Positions 14,153-25,030 of a DNA stretch of 64,000 bases are shown here, piece after piece. The stretch comes from Octopus vulgaris (taxonomy: Eukaryota): the NCBI GenBank assembly GCA_951406725.2, contig OX597815.1:113026001-113090000 (forward strand), read 5' to 3'. A model generated the notes under the pieces. That model had not been told where the DNA came from. It saw only the letters and a program-made list of their open reading frames with translations, and made no database searches. A program made the translations under genes and the position numbers. Within the stretch, counting starts at the first letter, position 1. Each line of letters starts with the position of its first letter.

Positions 14153-14317
14153 GGCGCAGGAGTGGCTGTGTGGTAGGTAGCTTGCTTAGCAACCACATGG
14201 TTCCGGGTTCAGTCCCACTGCGTGGCACCTTGGGCAATTGTCTTCTACTATAGCCTCGGGCCGACCAAAGCCTTGTGAGTGGATTTCGTAGGCGGAAACT
14301 GAAAGAAGCCCGTCGTA

Positions 14318-14363
<46 letters not shown>

Positions 14364-14578
14364 CGTGTGTGTTTGTGTGTCTGTGCTTGTCCCCCTAGCA
14401 TTGCTTGATAACCGATGCTGGTGTGTTTATGTCCCCGTCACTTGGCGGCTCGGCAAGAGACCGATAGAATAAGTACTGGGCTTACAAAGAATAAGTCCCG
14501 GAGTCGAGTTGCTCGATTAAAGGTGGTGCTTCAGCATGGCCGCAGTCAAATGACTGAAACAGGTAAAAGAGTAAAAGA

Positions 14579-14580
<2 letters not shown>
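14153..14580 (+). mobile_element. SINE family A, full length
   Basis: A-box-like TGGCTGTGTGG, B-box-like GGTTCAGTCC, internal (TA)n(TG)n, 3' (GTAAAAGA)n tail. Confidence 0.9.
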
Positions 14581-14631
<51 letters not shown>

Positions 14632-14647
14632 TAATAATAATAATAAT

Positions 14648-14729
14648 ATGAGGGAATATTATTCCAAACTTACAGGGAAAAATTCAATTTAGGAATACTA
14701 AATCAAATTTCACAAAATATAATATATAC

Positions 14730-14799
<70 letters not shown>

Positions 14800-15268
14800 T
14801 ATTCTGTTGTGTCTGGAAAGAGTCATTCTCTTTCAGTACCTTATTATTTAACACACTCACCGGTAAAATTTCCACTTATTTCGTCTTTTTATTTTCCTAA
14901 AATTTTCGTTGCGTCTTGCAACCTTTTCAATAGTCTTGACTCTTGAAAGACAATACCAGAACACAATATCACCACCAACAACAACAAATATACCTCTGGA
15001 ATATACGGTGCAATACAGCTAGATACAGATGAAATGCATGCTTTAAAGTTACCACCAAAATTCGAAGAGAGTCAAGACTATTGAAAAGGTTGCAAGACAC
15101 AACGAAAATTTTAGGAAAATAAAAAGACGAAATAAGCGGAAATTTTACCGGTGAGTGTGTTAAATAATAAGGTACTAAAAGGGAATGACTCTCCCCAGAC
15201 ACAACAGAATATGCTTCAACACACGAACTCATATAAAGAATCTTGCAAACCAAATCCAAAAGCGAAAT
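14648..15268. mobile_element. Penelope-like retroelement remnant: 144-bp inverted repeats around a coding fragment
   Basis: Arms 14800-14943 and 15068-15211 are reverse complements with a few mismatches. The spacer translates (+) as ...IYGAIQLDTDEMHALKLPPKFE, resembling the L..E...L.LGPKF motif upstream of Penelope RT (inference). Each arm holds a hammerhead-like motif. Confidence 0.7.
14897..14933 (-). ncRNA. Minimal type-I hammerhead ribozyme motif, U3-A8 core variant (second copy on + strand at 15078-15114)
   Basis: CTA-TTGAAAA-G-GTTGC-AAGAC-GCAAC-GAAA-A-TTT-TAG: stem I CTA/TAG, core UUGAAAA, 5-bp stem II, GAAA, palindromic AATT stem III. Confidence 0.55.
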
Positions 15269-15520
15269 ATATATATATTATATTTTCTAGATGGTATAAT
15301 TTAATTTTTCATTATTGAATTGATAAAAGGTGTTTTTTTTTAAATTTATATATATATATATATAATAATTTGGACAAATAATTATAATTCGATTGGTACA
15401 TTTAAATTTTGAGTAGAGCACCGCCATAGTTTAGGCTACCTGATGTCATCCGTAGTTCTGGTACACTTCTGTTGGATCTACTGCAGGAAGTTCACAATAG
15501 CAGTTAAGGTAACAGTATTC

Positions 15521-15770
15521 AATAACGGGAGATGGATTTGGCATTAAGTCTTTATTGGGTACAACATATGTTCCGACCCATCAGTCTGGGTCTCATTAGG
15601 TATATCAATAAAAATGTGTCTAACTACAGATTTTCACTGTCCGCTGCATTGTTGGTATATGTCCATCAAGTTAGATTTCATCCCTAACTTGATGGACATA
15701 CGTCAGCCGGCATTAAAAATCTGTAGTATATTGATATACTTGATGAGACCCAGAGATCCATCTCCCATTA
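15521..15770. repeat. Interrupted palindrome with decayed hammerhead motif (Penelope-like remnant)
   Basis: Perfect 17-bp inner stem 15658-15674/15684-15700 plus three outer paired blocks. Minus strand 15560-15602 reads TAC-CTAATGA-GACCC-agactgat-GGGTC-GGAAC-ATAT-GTT-GTA. Confidence 0.7.
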
Positions 15771-15794
15771 ATTAATATTATATATATATATATT

Positions 15795-16225
15795 CAAAGA
15801 GAGTGGAGTCTGTTCTGCTGTTCGGGGCTGGAACATGGACACTCACTAAAGCATTGAAGAAGCAGTTGGTCGGATGTTATACGAGGATGCTTAGAATGAC
15901 ATTCATTGTCTCCTGGAAGAGTCATGCAACAAACGTTGACTTATACTAGGGACTATCAAAAGGAACATTGCTGAAGCATCATAGAAGGGTGAGGCTAGCT
16001 GGACACTGCCTCAGGCATAACGATGAAATTGCTAGCAAGCTAATGCTCTGGCAACCAACGGAAGGAAGAACCAGGAGAGGAAGGAGGAAGACGACTTATA
16101 TCGACAACTTGCTGGAGGATACGGGTATGGAAGGAGTACAGGAGCTGAAGTCCAATATGAATGATCGAGATGAGTGGGGAAAACGTTTAGGAACAGTCTT
16201 GGGGCATCCTGAGGGACGACCTAGA
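15795..16225 (+). mobile_element. RTE-clade LINE, 5'-truncated 3' end
   Basis: ESVLLFGAGTWTLTK...CYTRMLRM...SWKSH.TN and RRVRLAGHCLRH...LWQPTEGRTRRGRRKTTYIDNL...DRDEW (RTE C-terminal motifs). Premature stop; (TACA)n tail. Confidence 0.85.
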
Positions 16226-16289
16226 TATATACATACATACATACATACATACATACATACATACATACATACATACATACATACATACA

Positions 16290-16322
<33 letters not shown>

Positions 16323-18049
16323 TACAGGACTCCTCTTGCCTATCGTTGATACACATAGTCATTGTCACTGTTTTACCTCTATTTATATACATATTTGATC
16401 TTTTCTTACCCTTGCTCATTGAAATGAAAATGCTTAGCTGATGAGAACTAAAAAGTTAGAAACGCGTCGCTTGCTTTTAATAGCTGTCTTGAAAGGCAAG
16501 TTACCTTAACTGCATTACTAAAATGGAATTAAAACACAGTACAAATTTTTAAAAAACTCTTATAAATATTAAGCACTTAATGATTGTCTGATATTTATGG
16601 AGTGGTGAAATGTGAAAGCTGTTTTTAACTTTTAAACGCTTCTAGCAGGGGATTTTTCTATCCCCTTTGTAAGAATAATCTTTGGTTATTATAGTTTTCA
16701 AGGCAATATGTTACATATAACTTGTTTGATAACAGGTTCTGGAAGCTGGCCGGAACGAAGCCACTCGTTTCTCTTATCAGAATTACGAAAATAGATTCAT
16801 TTTTCAGCACCAATTACAATTCAACACCAGAAACGAGTATCTCAAAGATTTTCCAGCGTTTGTTTGCAAATGTTCACACGTTATTGAAAGCGGTCATTGA
16901 TCAGTTCATGGGGGATTTCTCGACAACGTCACTTCACAAGACTAAGCTTATGGAGGTATTGATTGATAGTGCTTTGAGAAGGTTGATTATCGGTTGATAA
17001 TGTACAGGTGCTTATGCTTGACTGTTATTCAACCACATCAAGGCCCCACTTCCACAATAGGTCTCTCTGACCTCGATTTATTTGCAAGGCTAATGTCACT
17101 TTTCTTAAGAAGTCTAAACCAGATGTGTGCACATGTTCATGGGCCTTCTACATCATTTTAATTGTTTATTTATTTATTTATTTTGTCGCTGCCCTTCAAC
17201 TTTTCCCTTTTTTCCACAGATAGCATTAAGATGGATCGAATTGCAATTTTCCCCCCACTTATTATCAAAACTGCAAAATAAATAATAAACAATTATTTTT
17301 GTACGTTATGTATGGAAATAAAAAATAAATAATTCAGCAACGATTGGACAACAACTTGTATCAAATTAATGATATATCATGGAGATACAAGTTGCCAACA
17401 AAATCATCAGTGAAAATCCGAAAAAACATTTGATTCAAACTAGTATATGTCTCAACGCATGCATGCATAAGTTTAATATATGTATGTGTGGGGGAATGTG
17501 TATATATCTATATCAGGTTGCTCACGGCCATTTTTCCACGAGGGTCACCTGGGGAGGTGGGTTGCTAGAAACTCAGTAGAATAAAAGCAGTACCGCACAA
17601 AAGTACGAATTGACTTAAAGTAGGCTAAACGTATATTTATCAATAGTGCGAGGAAATAGAAATACTAGGTTAATGTCCGGCTTGTGTAAGACCTTTGGGA
17701 ATGAGGTAACCCTTAGCTTTTGTTCAGACATATCTCTAAATTATATGGGCACTAATGAGTCCACAACAAGAACGGGGAGTATAACTGAGCGAGCCGATCT
17801 TCTTTGGAAGGCGTGCAGATTATAAGAAATACAGCCCACTGCCTGTATACATACGCACTGCCAGTGATCTGTGATCTCTGCAAAGAGGCAAAGTCTAAGC
17901 TTTCAGCTCCAATAGGGAATTGTGCCGAAAGGGAACACGGGACCCATCGATTCTATTTATCCCGAAGAGCATGAAGATGCAACGAATTAGTAATTGTGTC
18001 TGAAGATTCCCAACTCTCAACCAGATTATAATCATATTCATACTAATAG

Positions 18050-18104
<55 letters not shown>

Positions 18105-18105
<1 letters not shown>

Positions 18106-18812
18106 ACAGTGCGTCAGCTTTTTTGTGGTCATTTGTATGAATTTAAGAAAAGATGCGTAATTCATCAAAGAAAAGCTATATTTGAAAACAAATTGATAGA
18201 AATAACCTTGAGAATCCTTTTATCACACCTACTCATTAACTCCACCGTTGGCATCAATGGCTGTTTCAATACGTAGTCGGAAGCGTTGACGTGTGCGAAT
18301 CATATGACCTTTATCAATTTTAGACATAGTGACGGTTATGGCGAACTTGTGAGATTCTATGAGGTTATGGGGGTGTTGACTGGCCTCTCTTTCGACTAAG
18401 CCTCCATATGTAATAGTCCAGTGGTTTGAGCTCTGGTGAGCTAGGAGGTCATGTGTCTGGGAAAACATGATCATGAAGATTAGCAGGCATCAACGCTTGG
18501 GTTGCCCTAGCCTTATTAGACGCCACAGAGTCTTGTTGGAAAACGTACTGTCTTTCACTGCATACACAGTCTATCTAGAGCCTCGCAACTTTCTCTAACA
18601 CCTCTGTCTAGACAATGGCATTGACTTTTAAGCGCTTTGAAAAAAAGTTAGGAGGCATGACTTCTACCTCGTAACTGACGGCTCCCAGATCTATCACAAT
18701 TACTGGGAACTTAGTACGCATGAGCGTTGAAACCTCGTTCGGACCTCTGCATAACCATCCGTTTACATTTTGGTCTAGATCGGAGAAAAACCATAGGAGA
18801 GAAACCAAAGCA
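18105..18812 (-). mobile_element. Decayed Tc1/mariner (DD37D/maT-like) transposon 3' half
   Basis: ORF 18608-18808 WFFSD...NGWLC.GPNEV...TKFPV.V..LGAVSYE..VMPP.FF...L.VNA matches the DD37D-type transposase core. Terminus TA|CAC..AGTG at ~18104. Confidence 0.7.
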
Positions 18813-18929
18813 TTCTAGCCTCTTTGTGCTTTAATTTGTTTATCACGCTCTTTGCACAGATAGAATGATTCTCTATTGTCACATCCGTTGTAAGTTGACT
18901 CTACACATATATGTATGCATATATGTGTA

Positions 18930-18977
<48 letters not shown>

Positions 18978-19303
18978 TACATACATATATATATATATAC
19001 ACATATACTTATATAACTATATAAATATATATATACATATATATATACACGCGCACACATATATATATATATACATAATATATATATATATACATATGTA
19101 GTATATATATGTGTGTTTATATACCTATATACATGCATACATGCTTATATACATGCTTACATACACACACACACATACATACATACATGCATACATACAT
19201 ACATACATACATACACGCATACATACATACATACATACATATATACATACATGCATACATGCATACATACATACATACATACATACATACATACATACAT
19301 ACA

Positions 19304-19336
<33 letters not shown>

Positions 19337-20138
19337 TGATTTACCACTTAATAATGGCAAGATTTTTATCTCTAGCCAGGAGCTTACTGGAATGATTTTT
19401 CTGCAACAAATTCCCCATGGCAAAATAAATATTCAAAACTCTTTTTTCCCCTACATATTTGATTTTCGGTTGACTATTATTTATTATTTTTCTTTGTTTC
19501 TTATGATTCATTATGTCATTGTTTTAATGTCATCTTATATCTGTCAGAACGTTGAGATAAATATTTCCTCTCACTCTATGGAATGAGGCAAAATCGCTAA
19601 GTACTTTGTTTTACAATGTTGACTGAGATCAAATGACTAAGTAAACCGTTTTATCCGGCGGATTCAAAGAACTGATATTTGTTCCGGTTCTTTACGGTGT
19701 TCAAAACCCATGGATAACTTTATCTTTCAACCTTCTAGGATCTATAAAATATATTACCAGTCCATAGCGGTAGGTAGGAAGGTTTATCAGAGCGTCCTAC
19801 AAGATACTTTCCCAACTATTTACGCCGCGTGTGCCTTATATAGGTGTGGTGAATTTGTCTTCATGCTAATAAGATGATATCTTGTAAAAATGGAAAAATA
19901 TACGGACAGCAACGGAAAAACTCCACTGCATTCTCAAATAAGAATTTTTTGACAACCACGAGGAACAAAGATCGTTCACCGAGTTGTTAGTGCATGAAAT
20001 AAAGCAAGCAAATTCACAGCATTAAATGAGATGGCTAAGTACACTGTTAGCTGGGGTAAGCAATACATACATACATACATACATACATACATACATACAT
20101 ACATACACACTCACACACACATACATATAAATATTGCA

Positions 20139-20502
20139 AAACCTTGCAGTACGAGTGCCCCATTGTGCGAGTAATTTGCTGTACGAGCTGAGACTCGTAT
20201 GAATTTTTGTCTTGAAGTACGAGCAGAAATCTGCAGTACGAGCACACAAATCGTCCCATCTTTAAGGTAATTCAGTCAATAAAACCAGTTTACATATTTC
20301 TTTTGCATCCTCTTTTCTATAATTGTCATTTTACTTGTAACTACACATTTTCTGTTTTAAAACCCGTAAAAAATTATTTTGGGGTGGTTTTGGGAGATTA
20401 ATTATACTTCAGTTAATTCCAACGGGGAAAATTTATTTGTGAAACGAGTAAATCGCACGACGAGCTCGGTCATGGAACGAATTAAACTCATACTGCAAGG
20501 TA
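20139..20502. mobile_element. Tigger/pogo-like MITE
   Basis: Inverted ends CCTTGCAGTACGAG (20142) / CTCATACTGCAAGG (20487-20500), with internal repeated TACGAG motifs. Confidence 0.6.
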
Positions 20503-20504
20503 TA

Positions 20505-21715
20505 CAGGGGTTGGACAAAATAATGGAAACACCTAGCATCATACCTTCATAATTTTGATATATCTATAAAACTACCAAAAGCTTGTTCATTTTTATGGGT
20601 TTATTTATTTATTATTAGTGTTGTTTAGTATGCTTTGCTAAAACTACTGTTTCTTTTCAGATATCATCAGAAAAAAGTTAATTAAAATTCATTAAAATGG
20701 CAGATCTATCGGACTTTGAAAGAGGTTAAATTGTTGGTGGTCGTATGGCAAGCGCCAGCGTAACGAAAATAGCCGAAATATTTGGTGTATCAAGAAGTAC
20801 TGTCTCGAAAGTAATGACAGCCTTTGAGAAAGAGGGAAAAACCTCCTTGTTGAAACAAAACTCCGGAAGAAAACCAAAACTTTCAGATAGGGACCGTTGG
20901 ACTCTTACACGAATTGTTAGAAAGGATCACAAAAGTACAGCTCCCAAAATTACTGCAGAGCTTAATGACCACCTCGAGAACCCAGTTTCCACAAAAACTG
21001 TTCGCCGGGAGCTGCACAAAGCCGGATTTCACAGGAGGGCTGCAATCAGAAAACCACTACTTTCAAAAACCAACGTTGCAAAGTGTTTAGAGTGGAGTAA
21101 AAACCTACAGAATTGGTCTCTAGAAAAGTGGGAGAATGTTACTTTCTCGAACGAGTCATCCTATATCTTATTTCCAACCACCGGCCGAGTATATCTGTGG
21201 AGACTGCATTCTTCCAACTGTTAAACATGGAGGAGGATCTGTGATGATCTGGATTATTATATCTTGGAAATCCGCCGGCCCTTCATGGCAGAAATAATAG
21301 TCAAGACTATTTAAGCATTTTATCTGATCGAATTCCGGAGGGAAACGCAATCTTTCGGGATGATAATGCACCAATTCACACAGCTAAAGTTGTTGCTGAA
21401 TGGCACGAGGAACATTCTAGTGAAGTTGAACATTTTATTTGGTCACCACATTCCTCAGATCTCAACGTTATTGAACATTTATGGTGCATTTTAGAAAAAC
21501 AAGTAAGGAGTCGTTATCCTCCACCATCATCACTACAAGAACTGGAAACTGTTTTAGCTGAAGAATGGACAAAAAATCATTTTGAAACGATCCAAACTTC
21601 ATACGAGTCCACACCTCGTAGAATTCAAGCTGAAATTACTGCCAAAGGCGGTCCTACCCCATATTAAAAAAAATTGTTTTAAATTTTAAGGTATTTCCAT
21701 TATTTTGTCCAACCC

Positions 21716-21718
<3 letters not shown>
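20505..21718 (+). mobile_element. Tc1-family DNA transposon, near full length
   Basis: 30-bp TIRs CAGGGGTTGGACAAAATAATGGAAA(C/T)ACCT with one mismatch; TA target duplication at both ends. Confidence 0.95.
20697..21667 (+). pseudogene. Tc1 transposase pseudogene
   Basis: MADLSDFERG*IVG..., HTH (IAEIFGVSRSTVSKV), SGRKPKLSDRD, FSNES (first D mutated), DNAPIH, SDLNVIEHLW, AKGGPTPY*. Contains a stop, frameshifts and internal deletions. Confidence 0.9.
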
Positions 21719-21749
<31 letters not shown>

Positions 21750-22029
21750 GCACATGTCAATATCATTAATAAAAACCGCACAAAAACTATATAAAATTGA
21801 ACTAGCTGGGGTTTCTCGTCCCGGAATATTAAATTTATTCTGCCATTTCTCAAGCTGTGTATTAACAACTTAAGGAGTTGCAAGGTAATCCTGAGTATCT
21901 GAATGTAACATGGATTTTGGGAGGCTATTATCAATATATTTGCATACAAGATGCATTCCAGAAGTTTTAAGGCTTTTACAGGAGACATATTTATTAATTT
22001 CAGAGATTCACAAAACTCTCATCGCCTCC

Positions 22030-22480
22030 AAAGTAAGAACTTCTGCCATAATGCTCTTCAATTGTTGTAGCACCCCAGCCCCTTCGTGGAGGTCCCATGG
22101 TAGTCCTCTAAAGTGAAGATGTCAAGGACCCTTGTCACAGTCTTCATCGTTTCCTTCAGCTTGGGGAACAACCAAATGCGAGAGGGAGCAAGATCTGGAC
22201 TGTAGGGAGGGTGAAGGAGAGTTTTGATGCTTATCTCTATCAAGTACTTGGTTGCCAGGCTGGAACTGTGGATTGGTGCATTGTCCTGGAACAGGTGCAC
22301 TGGCCTTTTTCGGAGAAATTTTTTCCTGAACTCCCTCAGAACCTCAATAAAATACTCTTTGTTGATCGTCTGACCAGAGGAAATTCAATGGATACAGAAG
22401 ATGCCCTTGCTGTCGAAAAATAGGATTATCATGAACTTCCCAGTGGACATGCTTTGTTTGACCGTTTGTACCAGCGAAAA
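22030..22480 (-). mobile_element. Mariner transposase fragment (catalytic region, decayed)
   Basis: QDNAPIHSS...LHPPYSPDLAPS.IWLFPKLK (YSPDLAP motif). Confidence 0.85.
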
Positions 22481-22732
22481 GCGGATGTTTGGCTCACACA
22501 AGTTAATTCCCAAGTAGTCTGGATCACTTCATAAATAGTCTGTTGCAATTTTGCCCAGTTTAGCACAACACTTTATAACATAGGGAGTTTCTAAACGCCC
22601 CGATTGCGTTCTGCAAACTAGTCAGCTGTGACAAGCAATGCTTAATAGGATGTGTTCAAAGTGTTGATACAGCTGTAGCCTTAAGTCCAGAAACACAAAA
22701 GTTAGCAGGTCAGTTTATTAGATGTATAGTAA

Positions 22733-23053
22733 GGAGCACTCCGTCGGTTACGACGACGAGGGTCCCAGCTGATACGATCAACGGAACAGCCTGCTCGTGA
22801 AATTAACGTGCAAGTTGCTGAGCACTCCACAGAAACGTGTACCTTTAACGCAATTCTCAGAGAGATTCAGCGTGACACAGAGTGTGACAAGGTTGGCGTT
22901 TTGAAATACAAGTACTACTCATTTTTACCAGCTGAGTGGACTGGAGCAACGGAAAATAAAGTGTCTTGCTCAAGGACATAACGCATCGCCGGGAATAGAA
23001 CTTACGACCTCACGATCGTGTGCCGAATGCCCTAACTACTAAACCACGCGCCT
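22733..23053 (-). mobile_element. SINE family C with 12-bp TSD
   Basis: tRNA-like head on the minus strand (GGCGCGTGGTTTAGTAGTTAGGGCATTCGG...), body CCTTGAGCAAGACACTTTATTT. Flanked by GATGTATAGTAA at 22721-22732 and 23054-23065. Confidence 0.85.
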
Positions 23054-23157
23054 GATGTATAGTAATGATATATCAAAATTACAATAATCTGGGCTAGTTA
23101 TAACTGCTTCTCCTAAAATAATCTCAAAACTTGTGGAATGAACCTTTTATGTGTGTG

Positions 23158-23205
<48 letters not shown>

Positions 23206-23280
23206 TGTACGAATGTATATATATATACATATATACATACATACATATATATGTATGTATTTATGTATGTATGTATGTAC

Positions 23281-23735
23281 AACCTGTTGCATGGTCGGGT
23301 CGTCGGTGACTAAACCGGCAACCCCACCAAGCTTGCTTGATGAGGAGGGTGTTTATTGGACACCCTGCGGGATGAAAAACAAAACCCGTCAAAGGGCAGA
23401 GGAACTCTTGAGAGTCAACGGCCATCCAATAAACGTCTTAAGGCTGTATCATGCGCGGGTACATAGAAATAATCGGACTGAATACCCGATCGCGCAGTTA
23501 AACCATTGGGAGTGAAGGACTCCTAGCCTTTGTTAGGGTATCCTTCTAGGAGAAGGTAACTCAGGTAACTGGGATAACTCCGACATAAAACCTGCGGCTC
23601 AGTGGTTACCGATGATGTTGACTTGTTCTTCTTTTCGGATTATGGCTGCTGTTGCTTAGTGAGTGGGATTGACTCAGTGCACAGCCTTTCCTCACTTTAA
23701 AAAGAAACCTTCTTGCACAGGCATTGCACGATAAC
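23281..23735. mobile_element. GC-richer interspersed repeat, possibly a LINE 5' region
   Basis: Sharp composition change between microsatellites; no diagnostic protein motif; family not determined. Confidence 0.35.
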
Positions 23736-24187
23736 AATATTTGATTTTTTATTTTATTCTTATTCTTTACGATTTTTTATTGCACGATAACAACATTGAT
23801 TAAGCTTCGTGCAATGGCCATACTCGATAACGAGGGGGCAGCCATCATGTATGTATGTATGTATGTATGTATGTATGTATGTATGTATGTATGTATGTAT
23901 GTATGTATGTATGTGTGTATGTATGCGTGCGTGCGTGTGTGTGTTTATGTGAGCTTGGAAGGATATATTATCCGGACAGATACCGTATTAGCTCTCAGTT
24001 AATTTCCAGTTAACGGCTAACTACTTAGATCAGTATTTAACATCTCTGACTACTATTTGTTGCTAGTCACTCCAGGAATTCCGTGTACTCTTTGCTGGAC
24101 GATAAAACTTGTCTGGAGTATATATTATCATTAATAATAAAAAAAATGTGGAGATTTGTATATCCATCAAGAATGATCAAATAGATG

Positions 24188-24274
24188 AACTCTGATGACG
24201 CTTCACCGACAATCAGGCAATGTTACATTTGCAACTGTGAGTTGTCGCTGCAGCGGAAACACATTGGGTCATTA
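24188..24274 (+). ncRNA. Hammerhead-like motif with extended stem II (stem I decayed)
   Basis: CTGATGA (24192) - CGCT...CGACAA...GCAATG-TTA-CATTTGC...TTGTCG...AGCG - GAAAC (24256) - ACATTGG - GTC (24268). Confidence 0.45.
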
Positions 24275-24284
24275 TAATGTATTC

Positions 24285-24486
24285 TTTTAGTCTTTTATTC
24301 GTCTGAGTTATTTGACTGCGGCCATGATGAAGCATCGCCTTTAGTCAAACAAATCGATCCCAGTACTTATTCTTAGTAAGCCGTGCTGCTAGGTTACGGG
24401 GACATATGCACACCAATATCGGTTGTCAAGTGATGGTGGCGAGACAAACAGACACACAAACATACACATATATATACATACATACA

Positions 24487-24520
<34 letters not shown>

Positions 24521-24650
24521 CATACATACAGCAGGCTTTTTACAGTTTCCGTCTACCAAATCTACTCACAAGGCTTTGGTCGGTCTTAGGCTATAGTAGA
24601 AGACACTTGCCCAAGGTGCCACGCAGTGGAACTGAACCCTAAACCATGTA
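24285..24650 (-). mobile_element. SINE family A, 5'-truncated
   Basis: Reverse complement of the 14153 copy, with internal (TACA)n. Confidence 0.85.
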
Positions 24651-24881
24651 TAAAATTATGAAATAAATTCTGTGGATTTACAAGTCTCCATAGCCTTTAT
24701 TATTAATTATTTATATATAGAGAGAGAGACACTGTTGTTGTACATCTTTTCTGACTGTATCAAAACAACAATAGCAGTGAACTCAACACCACATGTTGAA
24801 TGAGGGAAGATGACAGTGTATGTTTATCTCGATCACGAGAAAAATTAGGAAAAGATGGGAAAGGGACTGAGGAAAAAGAGA

Positions 24882-25030
24882 ATGATGATGATGATGATGA
24901 TGAAGGAGGAGGAGGAGGAGGAGGAGGAGGAGAAGAAGAAGAAGAAGAAGAAGAAGAAGAAGAAGAAGAAGAAGAAGAAGAAGAAGAAGAAGAAGAAGAA
25001 GAAGAAGAAGAAGAAGAAGAAGAAGAAGAA
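24882..25030. repeat. Compound trinucleotide microsatellite (GAT)n(GGA)n(GAA)n
   Basis: Directly visible; source of the poly-E/K/S/F ORFs. Confidence 0.95.

Noticed and set aside
14153-14225. tRNA gene
   Set aside because: A/B-box-like motifs are the head of a multi-copy SINE; no complete cloverleaf. The same applies to the heads at 6516, 23053 and 57343.
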